The notes under the pieces were generated by a model. That model worked only from the letters and a program-made list of their open reading frames with translations. It searched no databases and was not told where the DNA came from. Source: Gordius albopunctatus (taxonomy: Eukaryota). From it: DNA of 64,000 nucleotides. Position numbers and translations under genes: made by a program. The DNA lies in assembly GCA_964276515.1 (NCBI GenBank), contig OZ193910.1, positions 2,046,001 through 2,110,000 of the forward strand, in the 5' to 3' direction. Each line of letters opens with the position of its first letter. Position 1 is the stretch's first letter. Of the stretch, positions 1-13,600 are shown in pieces.

Positions 1-1140
1 TATATACCATCAAAGAATTATTACATTTGCACCTATGTATGCAACAAAAAATTGTCTCTGGTTTTATTCTCTATTTTGTTATTTTTAGAAATGCTTAATT
101 ATTGTATTGTTTTCAAAGTTGTACACTGTACAATATGAAAAGGAATTTTTAATATTTAAGACATTTGTCTGAGTTTAATTTTAGCTTCAAAAGTGCTTAA
201 ACTCCTATTCTAGCAGACATTAATTTCTTGGCAACTTAGTAGATGGTATCTACCAGTTTTGTTGATTAAAATAGATTTATTGATTTGAATTTGAGCATGC
301 TGTTTGCCAGTTTGCTTTTTTTCAGAATATTTTTTACACAAGATATAACATGGCAAATCATATTGTGGGTTGCACTTATTTATAGATATTTGATTTATCA
401 AATCACTCTAAATTTTGTATATAGAAAATTATATTTTAGAATGCTTTTTACATTAATGAAAAATATATGTTAATTAACAGGTTATATATATGCTGAGTAA
501 TAATGACAGTTTAAAATAATGCTTAACAATTAATTAATTAGTATATTTTTACTATTTAAAAAGTTTTTGGCCTTTTTAATCTTGTAAATTGCTTTCAACT
601 ATAATGTACAAAGATTCGCTTAAGATTACATTGAATCTTATTACTATTATTAAAACAATGCATTTTGTCAAAAAATTAAAGCACTCTATTGAACAATTAT
701 TTAGGGGAGACTAGAAAAGCTGTAAAACTACTTTTTGAATTTCTTATAGAATTTATCCAATTAACCTAATTTTATTGTTTAAAAGGAATCATCAAGGTAT
801 TCAAAATGTTCATCAATAAATATTGTAATAAATATTTATTAGCATCGAGATTTGTTATTATTCAAAACAATAACTTTTTCTCTAATGAGATCACAACTAA
901 TTCTTTGCTCTATAAATGAAGGTTGACCTGATAAAAAGTCCAAACATCAACAATTTTTCCATTTTTATGTCAATTATATCTTTGCTATTGTCTTGAAGAG
1001 GTTCACAGCTGGCAATATATTATATCTTTATTAATTTATAAATAGTTAAACGAGAAGCAATTATTATCATTTTTTACCAAATATGTCTATTTTATTAGAC
1101 AACTAGGTGATCATTCAATATCAGTGTTTTAGAGTGATCT

Positions 1141-2056
1141 ATGGTGTTTTCTCACATATACTACTGGATAAAATTTAATTTTGTATCGCCCGAGACCACA
1201 CCCGACATATGTAATGGCGTCATGTTCGACCCGCTCTTCGGGTTCGAAAATGGTGTCAGACCGATAAGAGAACCACTGTCCGTAGCTAAGCACGAAGCAT
1301 CCAACCTGCCCTTCAACACTCGCGATTATTGTATGGAATATCAGTTGGCTTACCAAAAATGTCGCCGGCAAACTTTTCCCTTAGTCGCTAAGAAATGCAA
1401 AATTCTGGTGCACGAACTATCGGAATGCCACTACAGGTGGCGTTTGAATCTTTAATTTCGACCCAAATTTTTTGATATCTTACTTGTGTCAAGTTTTGGT
1501 TTTTATATTACTTTATTTATAGTTTTTTACAACACTGTACTCTACTAGAAATCGTTAAGCCTTTCAAACGAATCAACTATCATAGGAATTAAGTATGACG
1601 GTTTTAAAAGAGATTTATCGTTTATCCAACTATCGTCATAAATTTGGACATATGGCTTTAAACGTATTATAGGTTTCACATCATGTTATTTCTTTTACCT
1701 CACCAATTGTATCTTAAAAATATGAAACAACCTTTCTTTTTGCATATTTTTATAACATTTGGTAGCGGGGGTGGGGCAAAAATGATTTAGAAAGGGGCAA
1801 AATGATCATTTTTTGAAATTTCACCCATGATATATGGATTTAGAGGGCCCCCCTTCCTAGCTACGCCCATGTTTTGGGTCATAGCTACCAATTTTTAGCT
1901 TGGTTGACTTTAGAAAATCAGGATTATTTTATGGAATTTATTATTTGCAGGGATTACGTGATAAGGGTGAAGGAATTTGAAAGGGAACGAAGGCTTATGG
2001 AACGAGAAAAAAGGATTTTAAAGAAGGAGAAATCTGAATCATTGGAAGAATCATAA
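1141..2056 (+). CDS. NDUFB7: NADH dehydrogenase (ubiquinone) 1 beta subcomplex subunit 7; exons 1141-1436 and 1951-2056
   Basis: Twin CX9C (RDYCMEYQLAYQKC...CKILVHELSEC), FDPLFGF, and after a phase-consistent GT-AG intron (1437-1950) RDYVIRVKEFERERRL, matching NDUFB7/B18. AATAAA at 2196. Confidence 0.93.
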
Positions 2057-3617
2057 TTTTTTTTTTGAAATATATTTTTCATAAATTTGCAATTTTAACC
2101 ATGGATTTAGATGGAAAGAATTGTATTATTTAGAAATGCGTTATTTTTTATGATCATCGAAATTCGTGTGGTTTCGATTTTATCGTATAAAATTTAATAA
2201 AGTTGGAATATGGCGTTAGCTGATCAACTTAACACCGTCTAATAGTTTTTAAGTCATTTATAAATTGTTTTAATTTTATATTGCTCCTCCTATTTATTCC
2301 TACACAGTTTTTCTGCTATTTTATGCATTTATTATAAAAAATGGCCGCCAAATGTAATTAAACCTTTTTATTAAAGGCTAAGCCAGACTTGAATTCAAAA
2401 CCTTTTCAAAAAGTTTTAAACGAAAGCGTATTTTGCAGAAAGTGTCCATAAAGTCCTGATATACATTACGATGCGTTAACTAACAAATTAAAATCATCAT
2501 GGGCGTGCCCAAAGGGTTGGGGGGCAGGGAGGGGCGGCTGCCCCCCCTCTGATTCCAATGCTGATTTGTTTTTAGAATATTTATGGTTTCGTAATTTAGA
2601 CCATAAACCCCTTTTACTCTCTATTTGTTGATGCATTTTTAATGTTATACTGCATTTCAAAAATATGTTTACTAGGAATTTGTTCTAACAGAATACTTGT
2701 AATCCTAAATTCTCGTGGAGATTTAAATATTTAAAGAAATATTGAATAGCTTAAAAAGTGTTCTATACTGGTGGATAACATTTCAAATGTTAATTTTGGT
2801 AAAAGCACTAATTAAAAAAACATATTTTCTTGCTATTTTAATATTTCATAAGGTTTAAATTTTATCTGCACACCTAAATATTTTGCCATTTAAGTTTTTG
2901 ATACAAATAATGGAATTTTTTTTATTTAGAATTCCTGAAGCTACTCTAATAATTATATTATTTGTAAACTAATAATTACACGGTTCAACAAGAAAAATTA
3001 ACCGGCAAACTGTTTGCAGATTCAGGTAGAGTTTTTCGCGGTGAACACAAATATATTTTTAGTTTTTCCCCTATACGTCAAGTGTTTTAAACATTCGCTG
3101 TCAAAGTTGCCAAAAACGCGATTTTCGCCTTTTTCAAACGTCAATAACTTGCAAATTAATCGGTAAAAATTTTGTTTAATAGATTTAATTCGTAGATATG
3201 ATGGAGAGGAATGTATTCACAATTTTTTTTTATCCTAGCACATTTACTTTTTAAATTATATACAACATTAATTATCCCTACTATCTTTTACATTGACAAA
3301 TTACACGAGACTTGAGGTCGCCCTCCCTTTCCTTCAACACTAGGAATTAAGTGCGTGTTGTTGTTTTGGTAATAGTAGCCGTAGAGTAGATAAACAACAA
3401 CACGCAATTACAATGAGCTGTGGAATAATACGTTTGAGGGCTTGTCTTAATATCGGATTCAGATTTAAATGGTGCAAATTTATCTTTATCAAATATCCTA
3501 TGATTCAATTTCATGTGTCAAACTCGGTTGTAATTATTAATATTTAGTTTTTTGATAGTTAAAAACGTTTTCCTGTTTATTTCAACTCTTGAGATTAGTC
3601 GCTGCTATGTTATGCAT

Positions 3618-3721
3618 TTATAGTATTTATTAACAGGATGGATAACACAGATGGATAATACAACAATAATATATATATATATACACTAGGAATACAATAT
3701 CATCAATAACACTATATTACA
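3618..3721 (-). repeat. 3' LTR of gypsy element 1 (104 bp)
   Basis: Identical to 7438-7537 except for a 4-nt longer (AT)n run. Confidence 0.9.
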
Positions 3722-6700
3722 ATAGTCCCCCATAAGATTAATATTCATCGTCGAATCTTTTTGGGGGTAGTCTAAGTCGTTGGGGTCTCGGCACATTGTC
3801 TTGTTTAAATCCTGCAATTGGTTCCTCTTCCTCGGGCCCTATTGATTCCTTTAGGTTGTCTATGGCTTTCCGTAAGTGATCTGTGTGTTTACGCTTAATC
3901 CGTCCTTCGGCCCAAACATCGTAGGACCAATCATTCTTCTTACGTTCAATTATTCCCTCGTGCCAACCCTTTTCTTTTTCATTTTTTACCCATACTTTAT
4001 CCCCTTCCTGAAAATTGCGGTCGGAAACCTTCCTATCATGATAGTACTTTTGTTTCCAAACATTGTCGATAGTCGTTTCCTTGATCGAACGTCGCAGTTG
4101 GTCAAAAGAAGATCGGATTCTTCTTTTAAACATTAATTCACAAGGAGCTACACTTGTAGTATTGTGAGGTGTCAATCTGTAAGCCATGAGTACCTGAGCC
4201 AAAGTTTTATCATCGTCTTGATTATACCTAGCGGCTGCGTAAAACCGTGATTTTAGTGTCCGGATAAATCTTTCACACAATCCGTTAGATTTTGGGTGAT
4301 ATGGAGATGTCCGAATATGTCGAATCCCATTAGCTTTTATAAATATTGAGAATTCCTCTCCCTAGAATTGACTACCGTTATCGCTTACTAAAACTCTTGG
4401 TAGTCCCAATCGAGCAAACCATTCGCGCAACGCCTTGATAATTCCGGTAGAATGTAAGGAATTTATGATTTTTACTTCTGGCCATTTTGAATAACCATCA
4501 ACTAAAACAAACCAATATTTGCCGTTTATGGGTCCTGCCAAATCAATGTGGACGCGATCCATTGGTTCTTCTGTTGTAGGCCATTGATATAAAGGAGATT
4601 CTAACATATTAGATCGATTTTCTTGACAACCTTTACATCTTTGGACAAAAATTTCAATGCCATCATTGATTTTAGGCCACCAACAATAAAATTTTGCTAA
4701 ATCAATCATTCCAGATATTCCCGGGTGTCCGGTATGTAAATTTTCTAACACAACCATGTTCAACTTCCCTGGAACTATTAACCGATTTTGCCAATATATT
4801 AAATCGTTTTCAATAGATAACTCATCTTTCTTCGGATAAAATGATCTTCGAATAGTTGCATCGTTGATAGGTTTGCTCCAATTACAGCGAATCAAATCAA
4901 TAACATCATTCAACCTTCTATCTTTTCTTGTTTCCTCCACTAACGTTTTTCTGGAAAACTTTAAATCTTCAATCATGTTTATATGGATGTCTTCATTACT
5001 CTCTGCAATGGTAGGTAGTCGAGATAATGTATCTGCGATTTGATTCGTCTTTCCAGAAATATACTCAATTTTAAAGTCATAAGCCATTAATTTATTATTC
5101 CATCTTTGTAATCGTAAGTTACAATTATAATGGTGTCCCTCTCGACCAAAAATGTATTGTAACGGTCGATGATCTGTTTTTAATGTGAATGTTCTCCCAT
5201 AAATGTATTGGTGAAATTTATTAACAGCGTAAATAATACCCAAAGCTTCCTTGTCAATAGTGGAATATCCCTTTTCTGCTTGACTTAAAACCCTTGATGC
5301 ATGACCTTTCTTGTCCATCCGACTCCACGTGCATTAACACCGCTCCCAATCCTGCTTCACAAGCGTCTGTATACAGAACTAACGGCTTCCGTAACGAAGA
5401 TGGAACAACGGTATCTTCACTAGATATTAAGTTTTTCAATTTGTCAAACCAATCTTCTTCCTTTTTCCCCCATTCCCATTTAGCCTCTTTTTTTAAAAGG
5501 TTGTGTAATGGTACACATTGTGGTTGTAACATAGGTATAAATTTGCCTAAATATGTTAATAGTCTTAAAAATCCTTTAAGCTCAGATTTATTTGTGGATC
5601 TTTTACAATTCCTTAAAGCTAAAATTTTTTCCTCCGTAGGTTGAATACCTTTAGAACTAATCTTGTGGCACAAATAAACAACCCAGTCTTGCAGATATTT
5701 TATTTTGTCTGGTGTTGTGGTAATTCCTACCTCTCCAAACCGTTTCAATACTTCCTTAATATTTGAAATATGTTGTTCATCATTAATTCCCGTATTGATA
5801 ATATCATCAATAAATACGGCTGTATTTGGAATTCCAGCTAACAGATTAGTGATATACCTTTGAAAAATCAATGGAACCACCTTTATTCCGAATGGTAGCC
5901 TACGATAACGGAATAATCCTACGTGTGCAGAAATGGTAAGTAGTTTTGCGCTTTGCTCAGACATTCTTTATTGTAAGAAAGCGTCTCGCAAATCGATACA
6001 TGTGAATTTATCGCCCCCGAGAAGCTTGGATGTTACATCCTCAAAGGTAGGCAGGGTATCCCCAATATCGCATAGGTAATCATTTAACGTGGCCTTAAAG
6101 TCCCCGCATATTCTAATGGATTTGTTTTTCTTAAATCGATTGACAGTAGGGGTACAACATGGAATTTCAGTGTTAAGTTCGACTTTTTCTATTACTTGCT
6201 CTTCCAAAAGTCTTTTAATCTCAGATTCGATGGCCTCCCTCATCGGAAAAGGTACCCTTCGTGGTGGCAAACTTATAGGCTTATAGGGGGTTTTTAAGTG
6301 CAAATTTACCATAAAATTGTTAACTTCACCTAATTTCTCTGAAAACACTTTAGGAAACTGCTCGATCAAATTTTCTAATTTAAGCTGTCTAATTACAATG
6401 TTTTTAGGTAATTCAAATCCAAATTCTAAAATTTCTGGTAATCCCAATATTAAATCCCCTTCATTAACTACTAACAAAGGAATTTCTAAACATTTATTGT
6501 TAATTTGAGCTTTTGCTAAACACTTGCCCAAAGTTTTGACACTAAAGTTTCCATAACTCAATATACGTGGACAATTCCTTAACTCAGGCTTACCAATTTC
6601 CATCCAAGTCTGCTTATCTATGACAGTAGCCTGAGCTGCAGTGTCAAACTCGAAATTATAGTTTTTATCATTTAATACCACTTTAACCAATGCTTTATTA

Positions 6701-7437
6701 GTTTTATACACTTTAACACAATTGATATTGTTTCTTTTATTATTATAATTTTTGAATTTATAATGATCATTATTTTTGTTAAAATAACAAAATCTAGCTA
6801 AATGGCCTTTCTTTTTGCAATTAAAGCATACTAGGTCTGCATAGTTGTTTTTATTATTATCATGAACTTTTGTAATTTTATTAATTTCTTCATGTAATAT
6901 ATCTTTATCTTTATCTACCACTTCATTTGAGGCTCTCTCAAAGCTAAGTGCCAATTCAAATGCAGTTTTAAACTTTAACTTTTCATTTCCATCTTTACCA
7001 TCAGGAAATCTTATTCTTATTTCATTTTCTAATCTACTATTATTTAACCCTAACAAAAACCTATCCCTTAACATCTCATCTTCTTCCTTATACTCACACA
7101 AGATAACCAAAGACTTTAATTTTTGTGAGAAATCTTCAACTGACTCATTTTTCCTCCTAGCCCTTAAGAATTGTAATCTATAAAAAAAAATCGAGTTTTT
7201 ACTTCCAAATAACAAAAGTAATTCTTTTTTTAAATCTTCATAAGTACTATCCTCTATTTTTTTAGGGTAAATTTTATATTTTAACCTTTTCAAATTCGGA
7301 AGTCCAAGGAATGTGATGAGATATTTTTTTTTGTTCGCAGGCGTTAATCCTTTGATATCCATGGCGTTTTCTAGTACCATAATCCAGTCCTCCATTTCCA
7401 TTAGGTCGGAGAATTCTTCTATTTTGACCCGCGCCAT

Positions 7438-7537
7438 TTATAGTATTTATTAACAGGATGGATAACACAGATGGATAATACAACAATAATATATATATAC
7501 ACTAGGAATACAATATCATCAATAACACTATATTACA
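7438..7537 (-). repeat. 5' LTR of gypsy element 1 (100 bp)
   Basis: Direct repeat of 3618-3721, followed by the PBS. Confidence 0.9.
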
Positions 7538-8738
7538 GCGTCCGAAATGTAAATCTGCTGCTGTGAATTCGAAGTTAAGACACGGCTATGCTATAACCCG
7601 TACAAAGATTTTCGCTGCTCAGCAAAATCCGATATTAAGACAAGCCATAAGATATATGAATAGTGAGGGTTGTGAATGCTCGAATAATAAAGGTTAAGAT
7701 ATATGAATAGGTAACCAATGATTGCGTTTATATATTCAAATAATAAAGGTTAGATATATGAGTAGGTAACCATATACTTCATCGGCAGTGGCAGTTTCAA
7801 AACTAATATTGGGAGAAGGTTTGATTATATTGCGCGATCCGATATTGCGCTATTTCGCTTGAATTGAATGCAGGAAGAATGCAATGGTTTAATCATCTGC
7901 AAATAATTAAAGAAGCAAAAGACTTTGTGATTAAGTTTTTGTTGTGTCTTTAAAAATTATTAGAGTATGCTCCCTGACTGGTTTTACAATATGCTGATTT
8001 CCCGTATGGAAATTAAGAGGAAATTGTGGCAGCGCAAACAAACGGAAATAATGCTTAGCAATAAACGTTATCAATGAATGGTCAATAGTCTCCTTTAATC
8101 CCATTGAATAACATATGATGCGAACCTATGCTAGATGCATAAAAATTTTTAAAACTATTTTCTGCTTATCCGATTTAAACCGGTAGGTATCGATTGTTAT
8201 TTAGTCCAAATGTAATGCAGAGCCTTTTTTGCATATTTTCTATTGATTTAACCGCATCAGTAACATTCTTAAAATACCTAAATTCTGGCGAATTTCAGCT
8301 GGTGAATAAAAATCATTTTGTTTTTTAAATAAAGAAGGTAAAGTAGTTGAAGGTCTGCATCAGACATGAGAAAATCTTAAATTCTTTAAGATTAAATGTC
8401 ATTAGTTTTTGAACATTTTTATGACAGTTCGATGCCTTCAAGCATATACAATTTTTATATAGGATCCTATAGAAAATAGAATATCTTGAATTCTGCTTTG
8501 GTTTGTAAGAATAGAACGACTTTGTGGTTTCGGTATGAAAAATAAAATTAGAAAAATTTATTTATCAGGTTTACAGCCAGACCTTGTCATACTGAACATT
8601 CGTATAAAAATTTGAAAGAAAATAATAAAGACCTTTGATGTTATAAAGAGAGAGGATTTCTATCCACTCCAGCCTAATATATAGGTTACCGTGTCCTTTG
8701 GCTCCAAAATTTAATTATAAGTTGTCGATACACATGAA

Positions 8739-10234
8739 TATTGATGCGGAAAAACCGAGAAAAATCTCGGTCTCGTCTCGGCGAGAATTTGAAAAATGGA
8801 GTCGAGATCGGGACGAGAATTTTGATGTCAGACGAGACGATACGAGATTTTTTCGGCGAGATCTCAACTTTTTTTTGATCGTTAGATTTTAGTAAATTAT
8901 TGTGTATTTTAATTTGCATAATTTACATTTAAGGTATTAAGTGTAAATCAATATGTATGGAATATATTTGACATTAAAAAAATTCATGTAAATATTATAT
9001 TTTTTACAACATTTACCTAAGTATTATTGACCCTTAGGTTATGTAAATAATTTTATAATATCTTTATCACATATTTGAATCCATAGTATTATTAAATATT
9101 ACCAAATTATAGGCTTAGAATAAGTTCTGATTGAATAGAGCATATTTATATTTCGCAGTTACTCATTCTGCATAATGCGGTAATTATAAATTGGTAGTCA
9201 ATCAGTTTGAATAATTAAACTAGTTAAGCTAAGGTGGCTCGAGATTTTTGAGCACCCGCCTAACGATTTCAAAAGTACAATAGAGTATTTAATGACAACG
9301 TAATAGGTTAAATCTAAAGCATGAGCTTTCTAGAAGTTTTTATGCATCAACTATATTCGATAAATAACCATTTAATGGCATAGTTGGTTAGAATTGGAAG
9401 ATAATTATTTGGAATATAAATTTGATTATAATGATTTTTCTCATAAATTTAAATAGGTGCAATAAGTTTAAAACCATATATTCTTAATCCTGTAATAATG
9501 ATTCTTTTATTGTTGTTTCTACAGGTTTTTATAGTGCATCTAGTTATCAATTCTGTAATTAATAAAATTATTATTAAAAGTCACTCGCACTTTGTGGTTT
9601 ATAACGCTATAGTAAACATGCAATAAACACTATGGGCCTAAATTAATGATGGTACAAATGGACTTAATTGTTTTCCTTAAATATGTTATTGTCTTCTTTG
9701 AAGCTTTAGCCAGGGTTAATAAAGGATCTCAATTCGCTAAATTGTGCAACTAAGTCCTTATTATTTTATAAGTCTATATAGTTGACAAAAGTGATTTGAT
9801 ACAAATGTTGCAATTTGCTAGAACAATAAAATTTAATTTTATATACTTCAAATTTATTTATAGTTTTTTACTCTGCACTTTCCATAGAAATTGTTATTTT
9901 TATGAATGAATTCATATCTTTATATTGCCAATGAGATGTCATTTCCCGCTAAATCTTTAAAAAAGTTTGTGTATTAAAGTTTTTCAAAAAATAAAAAAAT
10001 TTGCCATTTTTATTTTTTAACACTTATTTAATAATTTTAAAAAAACAGGAGAAATTTTTATTCCGTATATATTTTTTTTTAAAAAGTCGAGACTAGACGA
10101 AAATTCTCGTCGAGACGAGACGAGATTGAAATTTTTCTAGACCGAGACGAGATCGAGATTTTCATAATCGTTCTCATGATGAGATGAGATTTTGTTTTCG
10201 AGACCGAGACGAGACGAGATCGAACGAAACACTA
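8739..10234 (+). mobile_element. Non-autonomous hAT element with GAGACGA subterminal repeats
   Basis: 8-bp TSD CACATGAA at 8731-8738 and 10235-10242; ends TA(T/G)TGATGCGG...AAACACTA; same family as 41279-42476. Confidence 0.85.
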
Positions 10235-10613
10235 CACATGAAGCCACGTAAGATAGGAGTTAATGACTGATATCAGACGACAACCTTTGTGACTATATTG
10301 TTTTATGTATAAAGTTTATAGGTATTTTTTTAGCTCCCCATGGACAAGGAGGAAGATTCATTTTAGTTGAGAGAGAATTGCTTTTGTGTCTTAGGAATAT
10401 AAGGATAAAAAATTTAATATATACATCAAGTAGGAATTTGTTAATGTTGGATCTACTAGCGATTTAGTGTTTAAAAAAAATGATGTCAGAGCATATCAAA
10501 TTAAATTAGTAGGAAATGCTACGAAATTTTATTTAAGAGGTATAAATGAGATTGAGATATTCGCCTGCGTGTTACTAAATGACCTAACCTTATATCACAG
10601 GTGAAAAAACTTA

Positions 10614-13600
10614 ATGAAATCAAGATATTCTGCATTTGATATACGTTCAATACTTTTTGAATGTCGTGAAAAGTATATAACCTTTCATTAAAAGTTAAAC
10701 CTTATAGGCTTTCTGGATTACGCGTGTTAAATATATACGATGTTGATAAGAAAACATATTTGATAAGATTTGTTAGGTAAGGACCATATTTAATATGCAT
10801 ACTCTTTGGTGAAGTTTTAAATTTTATCAAATATAACAAACATTTGTACAATAATATAGCTAAATTATTTTATTTTTAGTTATTTGAATTCTTATTGAAT
10901 TATTTTATTGCATGATAATTAAAGAGGATCAAAATGTTTGATTACTATTAACTTTCTAAAATTTTATCATTGAGTAAAGATATTTCTAATTAACAATCTA
11001 ACATTGAATTAAAATTGTATATTTTGATTTTATCTATAAAACAAAAATTTGTGTGTTTTATTAGTCTTTTAATTTAAACCTTCAATATCTCTATAGGCAG
11101 GATGAGAAATTTGTATTGTTAATTGAATCTGGCATCCGTATTCATTTGACTGATTTTGATTGGCCAAAAAACATGATGCCCTCTGGGTTTACAATGAAAG
11201 TAGACAAATATTTTATGTTAAATATTATTTTTTACATAATTTTAAAAATCATTATTTTCTCTAAAAGCAAAATGATTATTAAACCTTAATTATTATGATC
11301 CCTAATTATTACTGGGTATTAGTTGAGGAAACATTTGCGACAAAAAAGGCTGGAATCTATTGAAATGATGGGGCTAGACAGGATAATAAATATGCAATTT
11401 GGTGTAGAGGAAACTTCATTTCACATTATCCTTGAATTATATGACAGGGTATAAAACTAAATGATATTAATTTTTCAAACTTTTATTACTTGGTGCTATT
11501 TTTTAATTAATAGCATATTGATGTTGTTAAATATTTAATTTATTATATAATCAGGGAAATATTATATTGACTGATCATGAAGGTAGGATTATGTCATTAT
11601 TAAGACCAAGGGCTTTAAATGAAGAAACAAAATTTGCTGTGAATGAGCTATACCCATTTCACTTGATTAAAATTAAACAAGCTTTGCCAGATCCTGAAGC
11701 TACGTATATGAATTTTCCATTTTTATATGTTCATAATGTAACTTGTTGTTTAAAACAATTTTTATTGATAAAGTTTTTACATCTAATACCAAAAGATGTG
11801 TCAATTATAAACCTATGCTCAACTAGTATAAAGGACTATAATTAAATATTTTATTTTGAGTTATTAACATTTTAGAAGGTTTAAATGTAGATTCCATACA
11901 GAAAATAACTTACTATTACTTTGTCAGGTCATTAGCTTTCATATGATTTGTAACCTAATGCCTAGAGGTTCAGCATTTATACTAGAAAAGCCTTTTAAAC
12001 AACTTAAATTTTAAAATAACTTTAATTGTTACAAATTCCATCAAGTTTAATTTGTAAATAAAGTTCACCTTCACCCTTGATATAAGCTTTAACTAAGATA
12101 AAATTTATATTTTTCATTTAAACACCTCTATAAACTTTATAAATTATTTTGGGGGCCATTGTAGCTTGGAGAAAGTCATTACTTACATCAGTACAAACAG
12201 TAAGAAGGTGGTTGAAAAACCAGAAGAACCTGTAGAAGTTGGTAAAAAAGGGAAAAAAGCTAATTCCAACCCAAAAAATCCAACTGGCCCAACTTCGATT
12301 CCACTAAAGAAACTTCTATCTTCCGCCTTATCGATTTTGCCCTACGGTGCTCCCCTACTAGAACATTGCTTGTTAACTAAAGGTTGCAAACCCGACGCCA
12401 AAGTGACCTTAACCTGCTCAGACCGCGGCTCAGAGTCCACATTATATTCCCTGGTGTCGCGGGACCAGTTATTATCAGTTTTTGCCTTGGCATCGGAACT
12501 TTACACTCTCGCCGGCAGCAAAATTAATGAAGTAAAACCTAAGTTTGAGCCGAGGTTTTTTTACGGGTTTAGGTGTAGGCCATGCGCGTATCTAGCGTTG
12601 GGATTAGAGGGAGGGCCAAAATGATCATTTTTTGAAATTTTAGCCGTTTATTGTAATAAATTTTAACAAATCCTTGGATTTCTTTTTTGGCCCCCCCCCC
12701 GGCTATGCCCATGGTCTCGGCAAAGCGCAATTTTTTACAATAGCTACGATGAATCTTTCGAAAAACGGATTCTTACTTAATCTTAGTTAAGCTGCCGCGT
12801 TTTTCAGATTTTGCAATTTCAAATTCTTGTGGTAGCCTTAAAGGGTTTTAGCATGGGCATAGCCAAGGCGGGATGAAACAGGGGGGCGGCTGCCCCCCTC
12901 TAAATCTAAAAGTTATTTAAATTTATTATAATTATAGCTAAAATTGGAAAAAATGATCATTTTGGACCTCACTAAATTATTATTGGCCCCCCCTCTAATT
13001 CCAACTGCCAATATCAATCATTTAAATCACTTTTTGCTAATTTTTAGCATAAATTTAGTAAGCTTGAACTGTTTATGCTTGGATACAATATTAAAATCCT
13101 GACGATATTTTGGCTTCAAATTAAATTTCGTCATCCAAGCGTGTGTAGCCAGCATTGGAATTAGAGGGAGGGCCAAAATGATCATAATATTTTTCAGCAT
13201 ATCTTTGGATTGAGGGGGGCAGCCGTCCCTCCCCGGCCCCCCCGGCTTCGCCCATGGCCTTTACCGTGAATCTTTTGGAAAAAGGATTCTTACTTAATCT
13301 TAGTTAAGCTGCCGGGTTTTTCCAGATTTTGCGATATCCAATCCTTGTTGTGGTATTAAGCGGTTTTAGCATGGCTGTAGCTAATTGATCCAAAAATTTG
13401 TTGAAATTTATTGTGATTATAGCTAAAATTTCCAAAAATGATCAATTTGCCCCTGTCCCCCCCTCTAAATCTAAAATTGTTGAAATTCAGTAAAATTATG
13501 GCTAAAATTTTTGAAACAGATCAATCAGCCCCTCCCTAAATCCTTATTGCCCCCCTCTGTCTCCATTTTCTCCTGTTTTTATAACATATTTCTTGCTTAT

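Larger units (their letters stand above)
3618..7537 (-). mobile_element. Compact Ty3/gypsy (Mag-like) LTR retrotransposon with disrupted gag-pol
   Basis: LTRs 7438-7537 and 3618-3721 (TGTAATATAG...), PBS TGGCGC at 7436, PPT next to 3722. Gag CCHC (CFNCKKKGHLARFC), protease FDTAA, RT FIDD, RNase H, integrase HHCC and DDE in gypsy order. In-frame stops at 5968 and 4362 and a frameshift near 5310. Confidence 0.95.
3438..7647. mobile_element. PIF/Harbinger-like MITE split by the gypsy insertion (halves 3438-3617 and 7538-7647)
   Basis: TIR GGGCTTGTCTTAATATCGGATT ... AATCCGATATTAAGACAAGCC with TGA/TAA flanks; an uninterrupted inverted relative lies at 22411-22737. Confidence 0.75.

Noticed and set aside
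5965..5970. Programmed readthrough between gag and pol
   Set aside because: The stop lies inside RT (DAFLQ*RMS), so it is a nonsense mutation, not a gag/pol boundary.
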